A stretch of 64,000 nt of DNA from positions 35,526,001-35,590,000 of the forward strand of contig OZ024742.1 of the NCBI GenBank assembly GCA_964016885.1. Direction: 5' to 3'. The notes beneath the pieces are model-generated. The model made no database searches. It was not told the DNA's origin and saw only the letters and a program-made list of their open reading frames with translations. This DNA comes from Eledone cirrhosa. Its lineage: Eukaryota. Positions 25,597 through 40,813 of the stretch are shown in pieces. Positions within the stretch are counted from its first letter, which is position 1. Every line of letters begins with the position of its first letter. The position numbers and the translations under genes were made by a program.

Positions 25597-27770
25597 TATG
25601 TGTGTCTGTGTATGTCCATATATGTGTGTGTATGTGTATGTCCATATTTGTGTGTGTCTGTGTATGTGCATATATGTGTGTCTGTGTATGTCCATATATG
25701 TGTGTCTGTGTATGTGCATATATGTGTGTGTCTGTGTATGTGTATGTGCATATATGTGTGTGTCTGTGTATGTGCATATATGTGTGTGTATGTGTATGTC
25801 CATATATGTGTGTGTCTGTGTATGTGCATATATGTGTGTGTCTGTGTGTGTGCATATATGTGTGTGTCTGTGTATGTCCATATATGTGTGTGTGTCTGTG
25901 TATGTGCATATATGTGTGTGTGTCTGTATATGTCCATATATGTGTGTGTGTTTGTGTATGTACATATATGTGTGTGTCTGTGTGTGTGTATATATGTGTG
26001 TGTCTGTGTATGTCCATATATGTGTGTGTCTGTTTGTGTGCATATATGTGTGTGTCTGTGTATGTGCATATATGTGTGTGTCTGTGTGTGTGTATATATG
26101 TGTGTGTCTGTGTATGTCCATATATGTGTGTCTGTTTGTGTGCATATATGTGTGTGTCTGTGTATGTGCATATATGTGTGTGTCTGTGTGTGTGCATATA
26201 TGTGTGTGTGTCTGTGTATGTCCATATATGTGTGTGTGTCTGTATATGTGCATATATGTGTGTGTCTGTGTATGTCCATATATGTGTGTGTCTGTTTGTG
26301 TGCATATATGTGTGTGTCTGTGTATGTGCATATATGTGTGTGTGTCTGTATATGTCCATATATGTGTGTGTGTTTGTGTATGTACATATATGTGTGTGTC
26401 TGTGTGTGTGCATATATGTGTGTGTTTGTTTGTGTGCATATATGTGTGTGTCTGTGTATGTGCATATATGTGTGTGTCTGTGTGTGTGCATATATGTGTC
26501 TGTGTATGTCCATATATGTGTGTGTCTGTTTGTGTGCATATATGTGTGTGTCTGTCTATGTGCATATATGTGTGTGTCTGTGTGTGTGCATATATGTGTG
26601 TGTCTGTGTATGTGCATATATGTGTGTGTCTGTGTGTGTGCATATATGTGTGTGTCTGTGTATGTCCATATATGTGTGTCTGTTTGTGTGCATATATGTG
26701 TGTGTCTGTGTATGTGCATATATGTGTGTGTCTGTGTGTGTGCATATATGTGTGTGTGTCTGTGTATGTCCATATATGTGTGTGTGTCTGTATATGTGCA
26801 TATATGTGTGTGTCTGTGTATGTCCATATATATGTGTGTCTGTTTGTGTGCATATATGTGTGTGTCTGTGTATGTGCATATATGTGTGTGTGTCTGTATA
26901 TGTCCATATATGTGTGTGTGTTTGTGTATGTACATATATGTGTGTGTCTGTGTGTGTGCATATATGTGTGTGTCTGTTTGTGTGCATATATGTGTGTGTC
27001 TGTGTATGTGCATATATGTGTGTGTCTGTGTGTGTGCATATATGTGTGTCTGTGTATGTCCATATATGTGTGTGTCTGTTTGTGTGCATATATGTGTGTG
27101 TCTGTCTATGTGCATATATGTGTGTATCTGTGTGTGTGCATATATGTGTGTGCCTGTGTATGTGCATATATGTGTGTGTCTGTGTGTGTGCATATATGTG
27201 TGTGTCTGTGTATGTCCATATATGTGTGTGTCTGTTTGTGTGCATATATGTGTGTGTCTGTGTATGTGCATATATGTGTGTGTCTGTGTGTGTGCATATA
27301 TGTGTGTGTCTGTGTATGTCCATATATGTGTGTGTCTGGGTATGTCCATATATGTGTGTGTATGTGTATGTGCATATATGTGTGTGTCTGTGTATGTCCA
27401 TATATGTGTGTGTCTGTGTATGTGCATATATGTGTGTGTCTGTGTATGTCTATATATGTGTGTCTGTGTATGTGTATATATATGTGTGTATGTGTGTGTA
27501 TGTGCATATATGTGTGTCTGTGTATGTCCATATATGTGTGTGTCTGTGTATGTCCATATATGTGTGTGTCTGTGTATGTCTATATATGTGTGTGTCTGTG
27601 TATGTGCATATATGTGTGTGTCTCTGTGTATGTCTATATATGTGTGTATGTCCATATATACGTGTCTGTGTATGTGCATATATATGTGTGTCTGTGTATG
27701 TCTATATATGTGTGTCTGTGTATGTGCATATATATGTGTGTATGTGCTTATATGTGTGTGCGTGTATCTC
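25597..27770. repeat. ~24-bp minisatellite (CATATATGTGTGTGTCTGTGTATGT variants)
   Basis: Visible tandem array. Confidence 0.95.
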
Positions 27771-27859
27771 TGCGTGAATCCCTGTGTGTATGTGTGAATG
27801 TGTCTACTTTGTTGGGACGAGGAGGTTGTGGAACGACGTGTGGTAGGGGGGCAGGTCAT

Positions 27860-29280
27860 TGTGTGATGGTGTATGTGTATAAATGTATGGTGTGTAAATG
27901 TATGTGTGTAAATGTATGTGTGTAAATGTATGGTGTGTAAATGTATGTGTGTAAATGTATGGTGTATGTGTATAAATGTATGGTGTGTAAATGTATGGTG
28001 TATGTGTATAAATGTATGGTGTGTAAATGTATGGTGTGTAAATGTATGTGTGTAAATGTATGGTGTGTAAATGTATGGTGTGTAAATGTATGGTGTGTAA
28101 ATGTATGGTGTGTAAATGTATGTGTGTAAATGTATGGTGTATAAATGTATGGTGTGTAAATGTATGGTGTGTAAATGTATGTGTGTAAATGTATGGTGTG
28201 TAAATGTATGGTGTATGTGTATAAATGTATGGTGTGTAAATGTATGGTGTGTAAATGTATGGTGTATAAATGTATGGTGTGTAAATGTATGGTGTGTAAA
28301 TGTATGTGTGTAAATGTATGGTGTGTAAATGTATGGTGTGTAAATGTATGGTGTATGTGTATAAATGTATGGTGTGTAAATGTATGTGTGTAAATGTATG
28401 TGTGTAAATGTATGGTGTGTAAATGTATGGTGTGTAAATGTATGGTGTATGTGTATAAATGTATGGTGTGTAAATGTATGGTGTGTAAATGTATGGTGTG
28501 TCAATGTATGGTGTGTAAATGTATGGTGTGTAAATGTATGGTGTATGTGTATAAATGTATGGTGTGTAAATGTATGGTGTGTAAATGTATGTGTGTAAAT
28601 GTATGTGTGTAAATGTATGGTGTGTAAATGTATGGTGTATGTGTGTAAATGTATGGTGTGTAAATGTATGGTGTATGTGTGTAAATGTATGGTGTGTAAA
28701 TGTATGGTGTGTCAATGTATGGTGTGTAAATGTATGGTGTGTAAATGTATGGTGTATGTGTGTAAATGTATGGTGTGTAAATGTATGGTCTGTAAATGTA
28801 TGGTATGTAAATGTATGGTGTATGGTGTGTAAATGTATGGTGTATGTGTGTAGATGTATGGTGTATGGTGTGTAAATGTATGGTGTGTAAATGTATGGTG
28901 TGTAAATGTATGGTGTATGTGTGTAAATGTATGGTGTATGGTGTGTAAATGTATGGTGTGTAAATGTATGGTGTGTAAATATATGGTGTATGTGTGTAAA
29001 TGCATGGTGTGTAAATGTATGGTGTGTAAATGTATGGTGTGTAAATGTATGGTGTGTAAATGTATGGTGTATGTGTGTAAATGCATGGTGTGTAAATGTA
29101 TGGTGTGTAAATGTATGGTGTGTAAATGTATGGTGTGTAAATGTATGGTGTATGGTGTGTAAATGTATGGTGTGTAAATGTATGGTGTGTAAATGTATGG
29201 TGTATGGTGTGTAAATGTATGGTGTATGTGTGTAAATGTATGGTGTATGTGTGTAAATGTATGGTGTATGTGTGTAAATG
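27860..29280. repeat. ~15-bp minisatellite (TGGTGTGTAAATGTA variants)
   Basis: Visible tandem array. Confidence 0.95.
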
Positions 29281-29443
29281 TAAGTGAATGTAGTTTATTA
29301 AGATGGGTTTGGAAGAGGTGGTGTGATGGGGCATTGTGTGATGGTGTACAATCATTGGTCTAAACATTTAGGACAGCGTTATTAGTATGGTGACAGGAAA
29401 AGTAGCATCAAGTTACATATATGGCTTTATCTAGCCACATATC

Positions 29444-29514
<71 letters not shown>

Positions 29515-29553
29515 TGAATATATATATATATAAATGTAAATATACATATACAA

Positions 29554-29584
<31 letters not shown>

Positions 29585-29599
29585 ATGCGTAGATGTATA

Positions 29600-29662
<63 letters not shown>

Positions 29663-29825
29663 TACGAGGTATAGGTATAAATATAAAATATTCAGACAAT
29701 GAAAACAAATTTTATTTTTAGTTTTGTGTAACTTGTAATCTTTACAAAACAAACGGTGGTGTATACGTGTAACTGTATATGTATATATATATTATATGTA
29801 TATGTCTTTATGTTTGTATAAGTGG

Positions 29826-29869
<44 letters not shown>

Positions 29870-29873
29870 TATA

Positions 29874-29932
<59 letters not shown>

Positions 29933-30000
29933 TATAAAAAAAAAATATATATATATATATACACACACATAAATATTTATATATATATATATATATATAT

Positions 30001-30199
30001 ATGAGTAGGACCCCGACGGCTGAGCTCAAGCCGTTTCGACGGCTAATTCTGCAGTAAATTTAGTCCAGAATTAGCCGTCGAAACGGCTTGAGCTCAGCCG
30101 TCGGGGTCCTACTCGTTCATATTACCCACTCTACTACCCTAAGTATTGAGTACTTTGGTGCGTTATGGTCCATCTGGTTCCTTACCCCATTTCCTTCGT

Positions 30200-30200
<1 letters not shown>
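30001..30200 (+). mobile_element. Fold-back mini-element (family B)
   Basis: 49-bp perfect arms 30003-30051/30066-30114 plus tail, flanked by (TA)n. Confidence 0.85.
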
Positions 30201-30234
<34 letters not shown>

Positions 30235-31254
30235 GGGGGAGATGAAGGTATGACTGGACGTTAGTGTGTGCTGAAACCAAACTATGCCCACCAATCTTTT
30301 ATTTTCCTTCTACAAGAAGAGTGGATATGTAGGGGAGCTAAATACTAGTGTAGCTTCTCATCATGCGCATGCGTGTGCTGTGTGCGCGCGCGCGCGCGTG
30401 TGTGTGTGTGAAAATATATTTGAGTGAGTGAAGATGTGTATGTATGTAAGTGAATGAAATTATGTGTATATGAATAAGTGGAGAACCGTATGTCTGTCTG
30501 TGTATCTGTGTGTGTGTGAAAATATATTTGAGTGAGTTAAGATGTATGTAGGTGAATGAAATTATGTGTATATGAATAAGTGGAGAACCGAGTGTCTGTC
30601 TGTCTGTCTGTCTGTGTGTGTGTGTGTGTGTGCGCGCACGCTCAAGTAAAGGTGCGTTTGTATGCAGAAGTGTGCATGTGTGCGATTTGGCCGAAGGTTT
30701 ACGTATGTAGTACATATGTGCCCGTATGTGTGAATGTAGTAGTGTGTGAATATGGAAGGATATGTCTTGTGTATGAACAAGTGATGTGTGCATTTGTGTA
30801 TGCGTGAGTATGTGCATGTGTATATGTGTGTATGTGTATATGTGTATATACGTGCATGTGTATATGTGTGTATGTGTATGTGATATATACGTGTATGTGT
30901 GTTGATATATACGTGCATGTGTATATGTATGTATGTGTGATTATGTGATATATACGTGCATGTGTGTATGTGTGATTATGTGATATATACGTGCATGTGT
31001 GTATGTGTGTATGTGTGTATGTGTGATTATGTGATATATACGTGCATGTGTATATGTGTGTATGTATGTGATATAAACGTGTATGTGTATATGTGTGTGA
31101 ATATGTGATATGACTGTGCCTAAACATGTTTAGTCTGTCTGAAAATTGTCCTAATTTTTGTTCTCTTAATTGTGACTTCATCTCACCAATTCACAAACAC
31201 ACATATGCATATGGTAATTATTCTTTCTTGTAATGTACATAATAACACGTACAG

Positions 31255-31323
<69 letters not shown>

Positions 31324-31802
31324 CATATACACACATACATACTTACATACACACGCCTCTATACTTACATACATACATACAAACATACATCAATACATAC
31401 TTCTATACATACCCATATAAGCATATATACATCCGTACATACATATATACACACAGCTACTGAAGTACACACACAGATACATACATGTATATATTGTGTG
31501 TTTGTCTACGTGGCTAAATATGCGTTTCTCCTAACGATTCGAAGTGTGTAGGATTAAAAAAAGCTGGAACATGCGTCCAGTTGACTTGTTTAATAATTAA
31601 AGTATTTAATTCAAGGAACCACAAACTATGTTAACTACATAAAAAATATCTAACAAAAGACATCCCACCATATATTTATACGTCATTTACAATATATGTA
31701 TGTGGGTACGTATGTATGTATGTATGTATGTATGTATGTATGTATGTATGTATGTATGTATGTATGTATGTATGTATGTATGTGTGTATGTGTGTGTGTG
31801 TG

Positions 31803-31834
<32 letters not shown>

Positions 31835-31835
<1 letters not shown>

Positions 31836-32941
31836 TCTTCTGGTTTTATATTTTCACAAATTTTTTTCCCAATAGAGAGAGAGAGAGTCGGTTTCTAACA
31901 TAGACACAAGACTCTCTCATTGGAATTTACACAACATCAACTAGGTAGATATGTATGTGTGTCTGCATGCATGTATGTGTGTGCAGGTATGGATGTTATT
32001 GTATGTGTGGATGTGGATGTTTTGAGTTGTATGTGTGCATATGCATATACTTTGTATCTGTACATGTGTATATGCAGTTATTAGATGCAGAATTTGTGGA
32101 ATATTTTACGTATTTTTACTGCTCCATTAATGGATTGTACTTGTAATTTTGTAACTAGTCGTGTTCTTTCTGTTTCTGTGAAGTCCGGCTTCTCAAGATT
32201 TGTATTGAGGCAGTTACTAACATACCCCAGTGTTCCAATAATCACAGGCATAAATCTGAAGGTGTAATCAGGGTGGAGTATCTGCAGATTTCTCATTAGT
32301 TCTGCATAGATATTCGCCTTTTCGATAATCTTTGATATTATATTGGCACCTGCTGGGCAGCTAACTTCCACTACTGTGCATGCCTTCTTTTCCCTGTCCC
32401 ATATCATTATATCTGGTCTGTTATGCCTGCATTTTATTGGGGTTTTTACTGGAACATTCCACCAGCACACTTTCATATTATGTATATGTATTTCTTCCAC
32501 ATTGCTGTAGCTTTTAATATGTTTATTGTCAGGGCTATTTTTTCTACGGATTGCATTGTACAGTGTTTTGGCCGCTACATCATGCATCATAAGCAGATAG
32601 TACCGTGATGACATCTTTGAACAGCAGCTTATGACATGGGTGACATCTTCGATGTTAACTCTGCAGAGTCTGCATCTGTTGTCACATCTAGGTGTTTTTC
32701 TTGCATCCCTATCTCTTGTGTGAATCAGGTATTTCGTGTTGATTTCCTGTTCTTAGATTGCATATCCTTCAAAGTGGGAGCCAATATAGCGGTTGTTGAT
32801 CAAAGATAGACTACTTAGCTTATTTATATTATTCTCACTCTGGTGATTAGTGTGTCTTTTGCTGATAAGCATGCATTTTTCATCCATGGATTCACTACGG
32901 TACTGCTGGGCAGCTTCCCTCGGTATGAGGTTTTGATTATC
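31835..32941 (-). mobile_element. 5'-truncated R4/Dong-like non-LTR retrotransposon (CCHC finger + restriction-like endonuclease)
   Basis: CRLC..EDVTHVISCC..HD..WWNVP..HNRPDIMIWD..VVEVSCP..EK..Y; flanked by (TATG)n on both sides. Confidence 0.8.
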
Positions 32942-32979
32942 ATGTATGTATGTATGTATGTATGTATGTATGTATGTAT

Positions 32980-33590
32980 GGTAACATGTATGTATGGTAA
33001 CATGTATTCCAGTACAACCTGTCCCATGGTCGGGTCGTTGGCGACTAAACTGGCAACCCCACCAAGGTTTCTTGGAGAGGAGAGTGACTGTCGACATCCT
33101 GCAGGACTAAAATCAAAAACCTGTCAAAGGGCAAAGGAGCTCTTAGGAGTCAATGGCCATCCAAAATCACCGGGAGAGATGACCCTTTAGTCTTTGAAGA
33201 GGCAGAATTCTAGGAGATGAAAAACTCTGATATAACACCTTCAACCCTGATGGTATCCAATGATGTTGACTTGTTCTTCTTTTTGGTAAATGTCATCTTG
33301 GTTAAGAGAGTGGGACTGCCTTTGTGCAGTGCCTTTGCTCACTATAAAAGCTTCACGGCACAGGCATTGCTTTATATCTGGAGATCTCTCTGCACTTGTC
33401 GTCACATGGTACCATGGGCCCAGCACTATGTGTCAATAATTGTCACAAGTGTAGTGTTTGTACCAGAGTTTTCAAGTCGCTGGCTGGACTAAAAAGTCAC
33501 ACTCGTTCAGCGCATCGGTAGGGGTTCTCCTACATGGATATAAAGTAGTGGCCGTACTCGAAAAGGAGTTGGCAGCCACCATGTATGTAT
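32980..33590 (+). mobile_element. Second copy of the short RTE-like element
   Basis: Intact C2H2 finger CSVCTRVFKSLAGLKSHTRSAHR* (33450-33521); (ATGT)n tail. Confidence 0.65.
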
Positions 33591-33989
33591 GTGGATATAT
33601 AGAAATGATGCAGGAAAAAACACTATGCTTTAAATCTCCGCCTAGGTTAACACCTCCCTTGAGCAAATCTCTTTTGAGTAAGTCCAACAATTAAAGTGCA
33701 GACAACACTAAAAATCCTCTTGACAAAAGTTTGTTTTCGTTAAAAACTGTTTTCAGATGTTTTTTTCACAAAATATTTTCTAAGCAAATTATTGAATGTA
33801 ACGTTTCTTTAGTACCGTCAATAAAAGCCACATTCTCAAGGCACACATAAACCTCTATGGGTGCAGTACCAATAAGAGAACGTGTAATGTTTGGAAGATT
33901 CTATAAGGTAAATATTCTTATTGATCCTAGTTATGGCAGTAGTCAGGATTTATGTACCGATGTAACTGAATTTGATAATATATTTATTG

Positions 33990-34670
33990 AAGATTTTGTT
34001 CTAGGATGATAGAACCAAATAAGGAATGTGAGGTGCATAAAACAAGACAACAAGCCACAAGTTTATAAAGCTATCGTACTGATCACACTCTTGCATAGAT
34101 CAGAATCTTGGACTCTATATAGATTACGGATAAGAAAAACTAGACGTTTTACACAAAGGTTATCATCAGGCAATTTGTCATTACACCCTCGAAAACAACG
34201 TATCTAACCAACATCTTCACTGAGTGCAAAGTTGAAGTTATTGAGACTTTTCTTATGCAATTACAACGAGGCTGGACTTGTCATGTTAACAGAATGAGTA
34301 GCGAAAGAATACCTAAATTCTTCAGCTTGATAGTAGATAGAGAAATGATAGACGGCCAAGTCTCAGTTACAAAGACAAGCTGAGCAGTAATCTTTCAGCA
34401 ACCAATATACCGTTGAGCAATCAATGAGACCTTTGAGCTTATGGACGAGGAGTGGCAAGACTGGTGATTAGTGTGTCATAATTGGATCAGGAAAATCGAA
34501 TCCGGCTGTATATATCGGCTACGAGAAGCAGAAGAGACAATCAAAGCCTTTTCCAACATACCAGGAACATTGTCCCGTAGTCCTCACTCTTACACGATTG
34601 GTGGGCTTCTTTGCAAAATCCTTGGGGAGATTAAATGTCATACTCGACATAAACATCCAAACTGAACAAA
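33990..34670 (+). pseudogene. Decayed RTE-clade LINE RT C-terminal fragment
   Basis: QVYKAIVLITLL..SESWTLYR..IRK, later W.G.V.RM..RIPK-like motif across frameshifts. Confidence 0.55.
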
Positions 34671-35010
34671 CTGAATAGGTTGTTGGATATTCTTACATCG
34701 AAATAGACAGAGAAGACCATCATACGTATGTGTGTATGTATTGATATTGCTATATGTATCTGTATAAATATATGTATATGTATATATACATATATATATA
34801 TATGTGTGTATGTGTGTGTGTGCGTGTGTGTATATGTGTTTATATATACGTATATATGTATATTTTTATATATGTATGTATACACACACACATATATATG
34901 TATATGTATATTAGTATATATATGTGTGATGTGTGTGTGTATTTGTATATATTTGTCTCTATATATCTATATGTTATAAGTATGTATATATGTATATATA
35001 TATAGACGTA

Positions 35011-35078
<68 letters not shown>

Positions 35079-35113
35079 CACATCTATTTATATACAATAT
35101 ACACATATATACA

Positions 35114-35199
<86 letters not shown>

Positions 35200-35240
35200 C
35201 ATATATACATCTATTTATATACAATATACACATATATACA

Positions 35241-35315
<75 letters not shown>

Positions 35316-35889
35316 GTACATAGATATACATAAATTTACATATGCCCAGGTTGTGAGTGTTTGTACACCTCAACACCATAAATAATTGACAGCCATAAAA
35401 ACATGTTCCCTGTCCCCACGTCTTGGCGTCCTTTATAATGAGAACCAAGAATTAAAAAAAGGGGCCAAAATAAATATTTAAATAATTAGAAGGGGAAAAA
35501 ACCTAGCCAAAAGCGATGACAGAGCAACTCTTAGATAAATAAATACAACTAACCAGGTCACTCCTCATTTCTTAATTAATTAAATACACTTCTTGGCAAT
35601 AAGCAGATGGTCCTTAAATAGTTAGAGAAGGTGGTGTGTGTGTGAGTGTGTGTGTGAGTGTGTTTGGGTGTATGCGTGTGTGTGAGTGTGTATGTGTGTA
35701 TATGAACGTGTGTATTGTATATGTGTTGTGTGTTATGTGATTTTGTGTGCGAATATGTGGATGCATGTATATTTGTGAGCATTTTGTAAATATCTGTGAC
35801 AGAAAGAGAGACTGAAAAAGAGCGTCTATCCATACACACACAATCATATACACACATATATTCATACAAACGTCAGTCCACATTCACGC

Positions 35890-35937
<48 letters not shown>

Positions 35938-36199
35938 GAATAAAATTAGTCCTTCATCAGTGATCTTCCAACTTTCATTGGTATTTCATCGCTTTAAAAA
36001 TCATATACTTCTAGTTGGTGCGAGCAATAACAAATAAAGTTATTGGGACAAGTAAAATAGGGTGAAACGAGCGAGACATGTAAACAAACAACGATGGTAT
36101 GGCAATGTAAATGTAGGAAGAGACAAGCACATGAAATCTGTAGCTTAAGCTTGGTGAATTCATGGGCGAGAGATACAGACCATCCGACATGGGTGAGAT

Positions 36200-36256
<57 letters not shown>

Positions 36257-36388
36257 TAACACTGTTAGTAATCATAATCGCTACAGGTCGTATCTTTTTC
36301 GGCACTCTTTTTACGTGAATTGGGTATTCGGTGTTAAAAATTGACTATTAACACTGACATCTGTTCGTTATTGGTGTAATATGCAGAG

Positions 36389-36468
<80 letters not shown>

Positions 36469-36885
36469 CTGTAATTACAGTTCCTTACAATCGTTTTGAT
36501 GCTACATAAGACAATATACAACTGGCAGATTTTGTATGACAATGTCATCAGTTGATCTCTCATTACAACTCATTGACAGCCACAGGTTTTATGTAAACGG
36601 TACCATATCAAACATTGAAATGTGGTGCTAAAAGTACTAGCACAGCAAATTTCACAGTGACAAACACGTGTGTGACATAACTGCTTCTAGGTAAAAGTTT
36701 GATGCCCTTAAACGAGCAAGAAGAAAAAAAACAAAAACAGCAACACCGCTAAAAACTACGTACCCCGCAGGTTTTAAGTAAGACTATCCTTCTATGTACA
36801 TTTGCATATACATACAAATGCATATGCAAATACACACATACCTACGTACACACACACACACACACGCACGCACACACATACACAC

Positions 36886-36954
<69 letters not shown>

Positions 36955-37024
36955 CACATACACACACATATATATATATATACATACACACATATATGAC
37001 TGTATATTCACTCTCCCTCCTCTC

Positions 37025-37063
<39 letters not shown>

Positions 37064-37617
37064 TCATACATACATACATATATATATATATATATGTATG
37101 TGTGTGCGCGCGTGTGTGTGTGTGTACGCTTATGTGCGTGCGCATACACATATTTACATACACATATATATAACCCTATTAAACTACTAAGAATGTTGGG
37201 ATTAATGTAACTGTTTTTCTTGTGGCGAATGTCAACTATTGAAAATGAGGCAGAGGGTGAGATAGGCAAGTAGATAAATAGATGGATAGAAAGAAAGATA
37301 GATATGTAGAGAGGGGAAACTATGAGAGAGAGAGAAAGGGGGGGGGGAGAGACAGGCAGAGTCGAGAAGACACAACAACATAAAAAATAAGCTTTAAAAC
37401 AAAATAAAGCTGTCCAATGTGGCTGGTTACACAAGCAGACGATTAAACAAGCAAGACATTTTATTGAATCGAAAAAAAAAAAAAAAACTCGCCGACGTTG
37501 TGCAACGGGAAGAAAATGAAAGAAAAAGAATGGCGATTTGTCCTGTGCAACTTTTACTAAATTGAGTTTACAAGGTCACTTGTCAACTATATACTCAGCT
37601 GTATTTCACCCTCTTTG

Positions 37618-37696
<79 letters not shown>

Positions 37697-38306
37697 CGTT
37701 TGTTTTCATTAAACCTCTTAATACTTTTTCTTGAATTATTTCTTTATTTGTAAACCTCTTCACATTCAAATTTACAATTCGAATTCATTTTGTTCATTTT
37801 CTTTTTAATGAAATTTTTACTTCCTAGTCTTTAGGCAAAAAATGCTGCCTGACACAAATATCGTCTGCGACAAATGCCGTATGCGTCTTTCAAATTTTTT
37901 TATATAAAAATGTTTGTAATAAATTATAGACAAACCTTCCCGCCCCCATACATAGTTTCTCACAAAGATTTTGTTGTCTGCCATGAATACTGTCTGCAAC
38001 AAGTGTCGTTTGCGTCTTTCAAATTTCTTTATATAAAAATGTCAGTAATAAATTTTATCGTCTCAAACTTAATTTCTTTTTTTTTTAAATGTTTTCTATT
38101 TTTCTTTCTTTTTCTGTTTGAAATGAAATAATGGAACTAACGTTATTTTCTTTTGTCGTATGTTTTCATTTAAAATATTGACATTTTCCCCCTAATTATT
38201 TCATATAGTCATTCTATTCCTTGTCTGGAACATGGAATGCGTATTTTGTACTCAAGCAGATATTTTATCATTAAGTATATATTTTGCTTGTAACGCTTAA
38301 ATACAT

Positions 38307-38404
<98 letters not shown>

Positions 38405-38504
38405 TTGTACTTATATATATATATATATAAGTACAAACACTCAAACATATTGGCTCACACACACATATATGTACATATTTACTTATATATATATATATAT
38501 ATTA

Positions 38505-38799
<295 letters not shown>

Positions 38800-39554
38800 T
38801 TATTTATTTATAAGTATATATATATATTCTATTCTATCATACTTGGCTCTGTAAGAGCATAGAGTGCTCAACCGGCATACCGCCTATGGAAGCATCTTAG
38901 CTACCGTCAGACACACACACACATATATATATATATGTGTGTGTGGGAGATGAATAGGAGTGGGTATATCACTCGTTCATTACCAAATGCGTAAAAGCCC
39001 AATGTATTAATCACTTGTGGAAAAAATACAGAGAATAATAATTTATTCGGGGTGAAAAACGAAAGAAAACACTTCAAATCCTTTCAGTATTTTTTACGTC
39101 TGTTTCAATTTTAACGACATACAAATACCAAAATATAACTAATAATTTGCAAATTAATTATTAATTCAATTAAATCAATAATCAATTATTGGATAATAGA
39201 CAATTGAACCCTATGGCATTATTATTAAAATTAAGTGTACTTAAGTTTTCATTAACTATATGTATTTCGATACAGAGTGTGTTTTTACACTTAAATTTGT
39301 AGTACATTTTAGTAAGCCTTATATTACCCAGTTTACTCCGCTCTTGAAGGTCGCTATCTAACTTATCTAACTTATAGTGTGTAAACATATTTTTGCCCAC
39401 AATGTAATTGAATACAGAATATTCAAGATTTGGAAGTCTTTCTGTATAGCACCATTATTAACGTTACATTGCCTTAAACGATGATTCTGTTTAATACTGC
39501 TGTTAAGCAATATTTGTGAAAATAATGTATATGTCGCTCTCCGACATGTTTGCG

Positions 39555-39900
39555 GTTGTACCCTTGGCAGTGGAGACTTCTGGGCTACCTCCCTACTCAC
39601 CACCATAGGCGCTGAGCTGGCCAGCCGCAGGTGTGAGCCTCGCAAGCTGGAATGGCTTTTCCAGCGCGTCTCCCTTGCCGTCCTCCGGGGAAACGCCTTC
39701 TCCATTCTGTCCGCCGGGGCTGTGGGGAGGCCACCAATATGATTGACTGACTTGTCATTTTATCAGTCATATGTTTTTAGACATCACCCAGTTAATTAGG
39801 ATTCATTCTGTGCTGTAGATGTTATATGTTTATTTTTAATGATATTTTATAAGTAAAAATATATTTGTGCTTGTATACATAAAGCAAATTACAGTATGAG
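39555..39900 (+). mobile_element. 3' end of a CRE-like (RLE) non-LTR retrotransposon
   Basis: ...EWLFQRVSLAVLRGNAFSIL...* matches the QRxSxAxxRGNA C-terminal motif. Confidence 0.6.
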
Positions 39901-40264
39901 GACTTATCGCTTATACAATAGAGATTTGTTGTTGCTTTAATCAACATGAATGATGTTTAAGACTGATGCTTTCCGCTGCCTAACTTATGGACCGCTCACG
40001 TATATCTTCCGGATCTATTATTTCCTGATCATTGATTGGTATTTTGGGACATACATTCCCCAAATGTAAAATTGGTTTCCACAAGAGATTTTGTGATATG
40101 TATTGCAATTATTTATAGATTTTATTTATTGATCTGCAAATCACTATTTATATTTTGTGATTGTATTCCGTTAAAATTGAAACGGATGTAAAAATTAATA
40201 AAATTAATTGAAGTGTTATCTTTGGTTTTTCACCTGAATTAAATCACACACACACACACACACG

Positions 40265-40372
<108 letters not shown>

Positions 40373-40733
40373 ACTGAATATACAGTACGTACATTCATAT
40401 GTATATTGCTATGTCAGAGCACCAATACAAATTTTTACTTTATGCCGGCCGGCTACCGCTATGCAAATGAGATTCATCAGCTCATAAACATAAGCAGAAT
40501 TCTATAAGAATCCAGCTAAGTTTAGCTTCAAGAAAGGCAGGGATATATGTAGTCTTGATAACCACTTATCAAACAGAAACGGTGGCATCGTCGATTACTT
40601 CCCCTGCTTTTGCTGAAGGTAGGTATGTGACGATCGTCAGAACCTTAAAATTCATAGCGAAAGGCCTTCAAAATGATTTTGATAAACATCACGTGCATTA
40701 TTAAATAGACAATACGTACATTCGTATATATAT

Positions 40734-40813
<80 letters not shown>

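Noticed and set aside
25536-29367. Long ORFs (up to 983 aa) rich in H/T/Y/C/V
   Set aside because: Stop-free translations of minisatellites in several frames on both strands
25150-30115. Palindromic repeats resembling CRISPR repeats or bacterial terminators
   Set aside because: Dispersed, no spacer array, no cas genes, eukaryotic context
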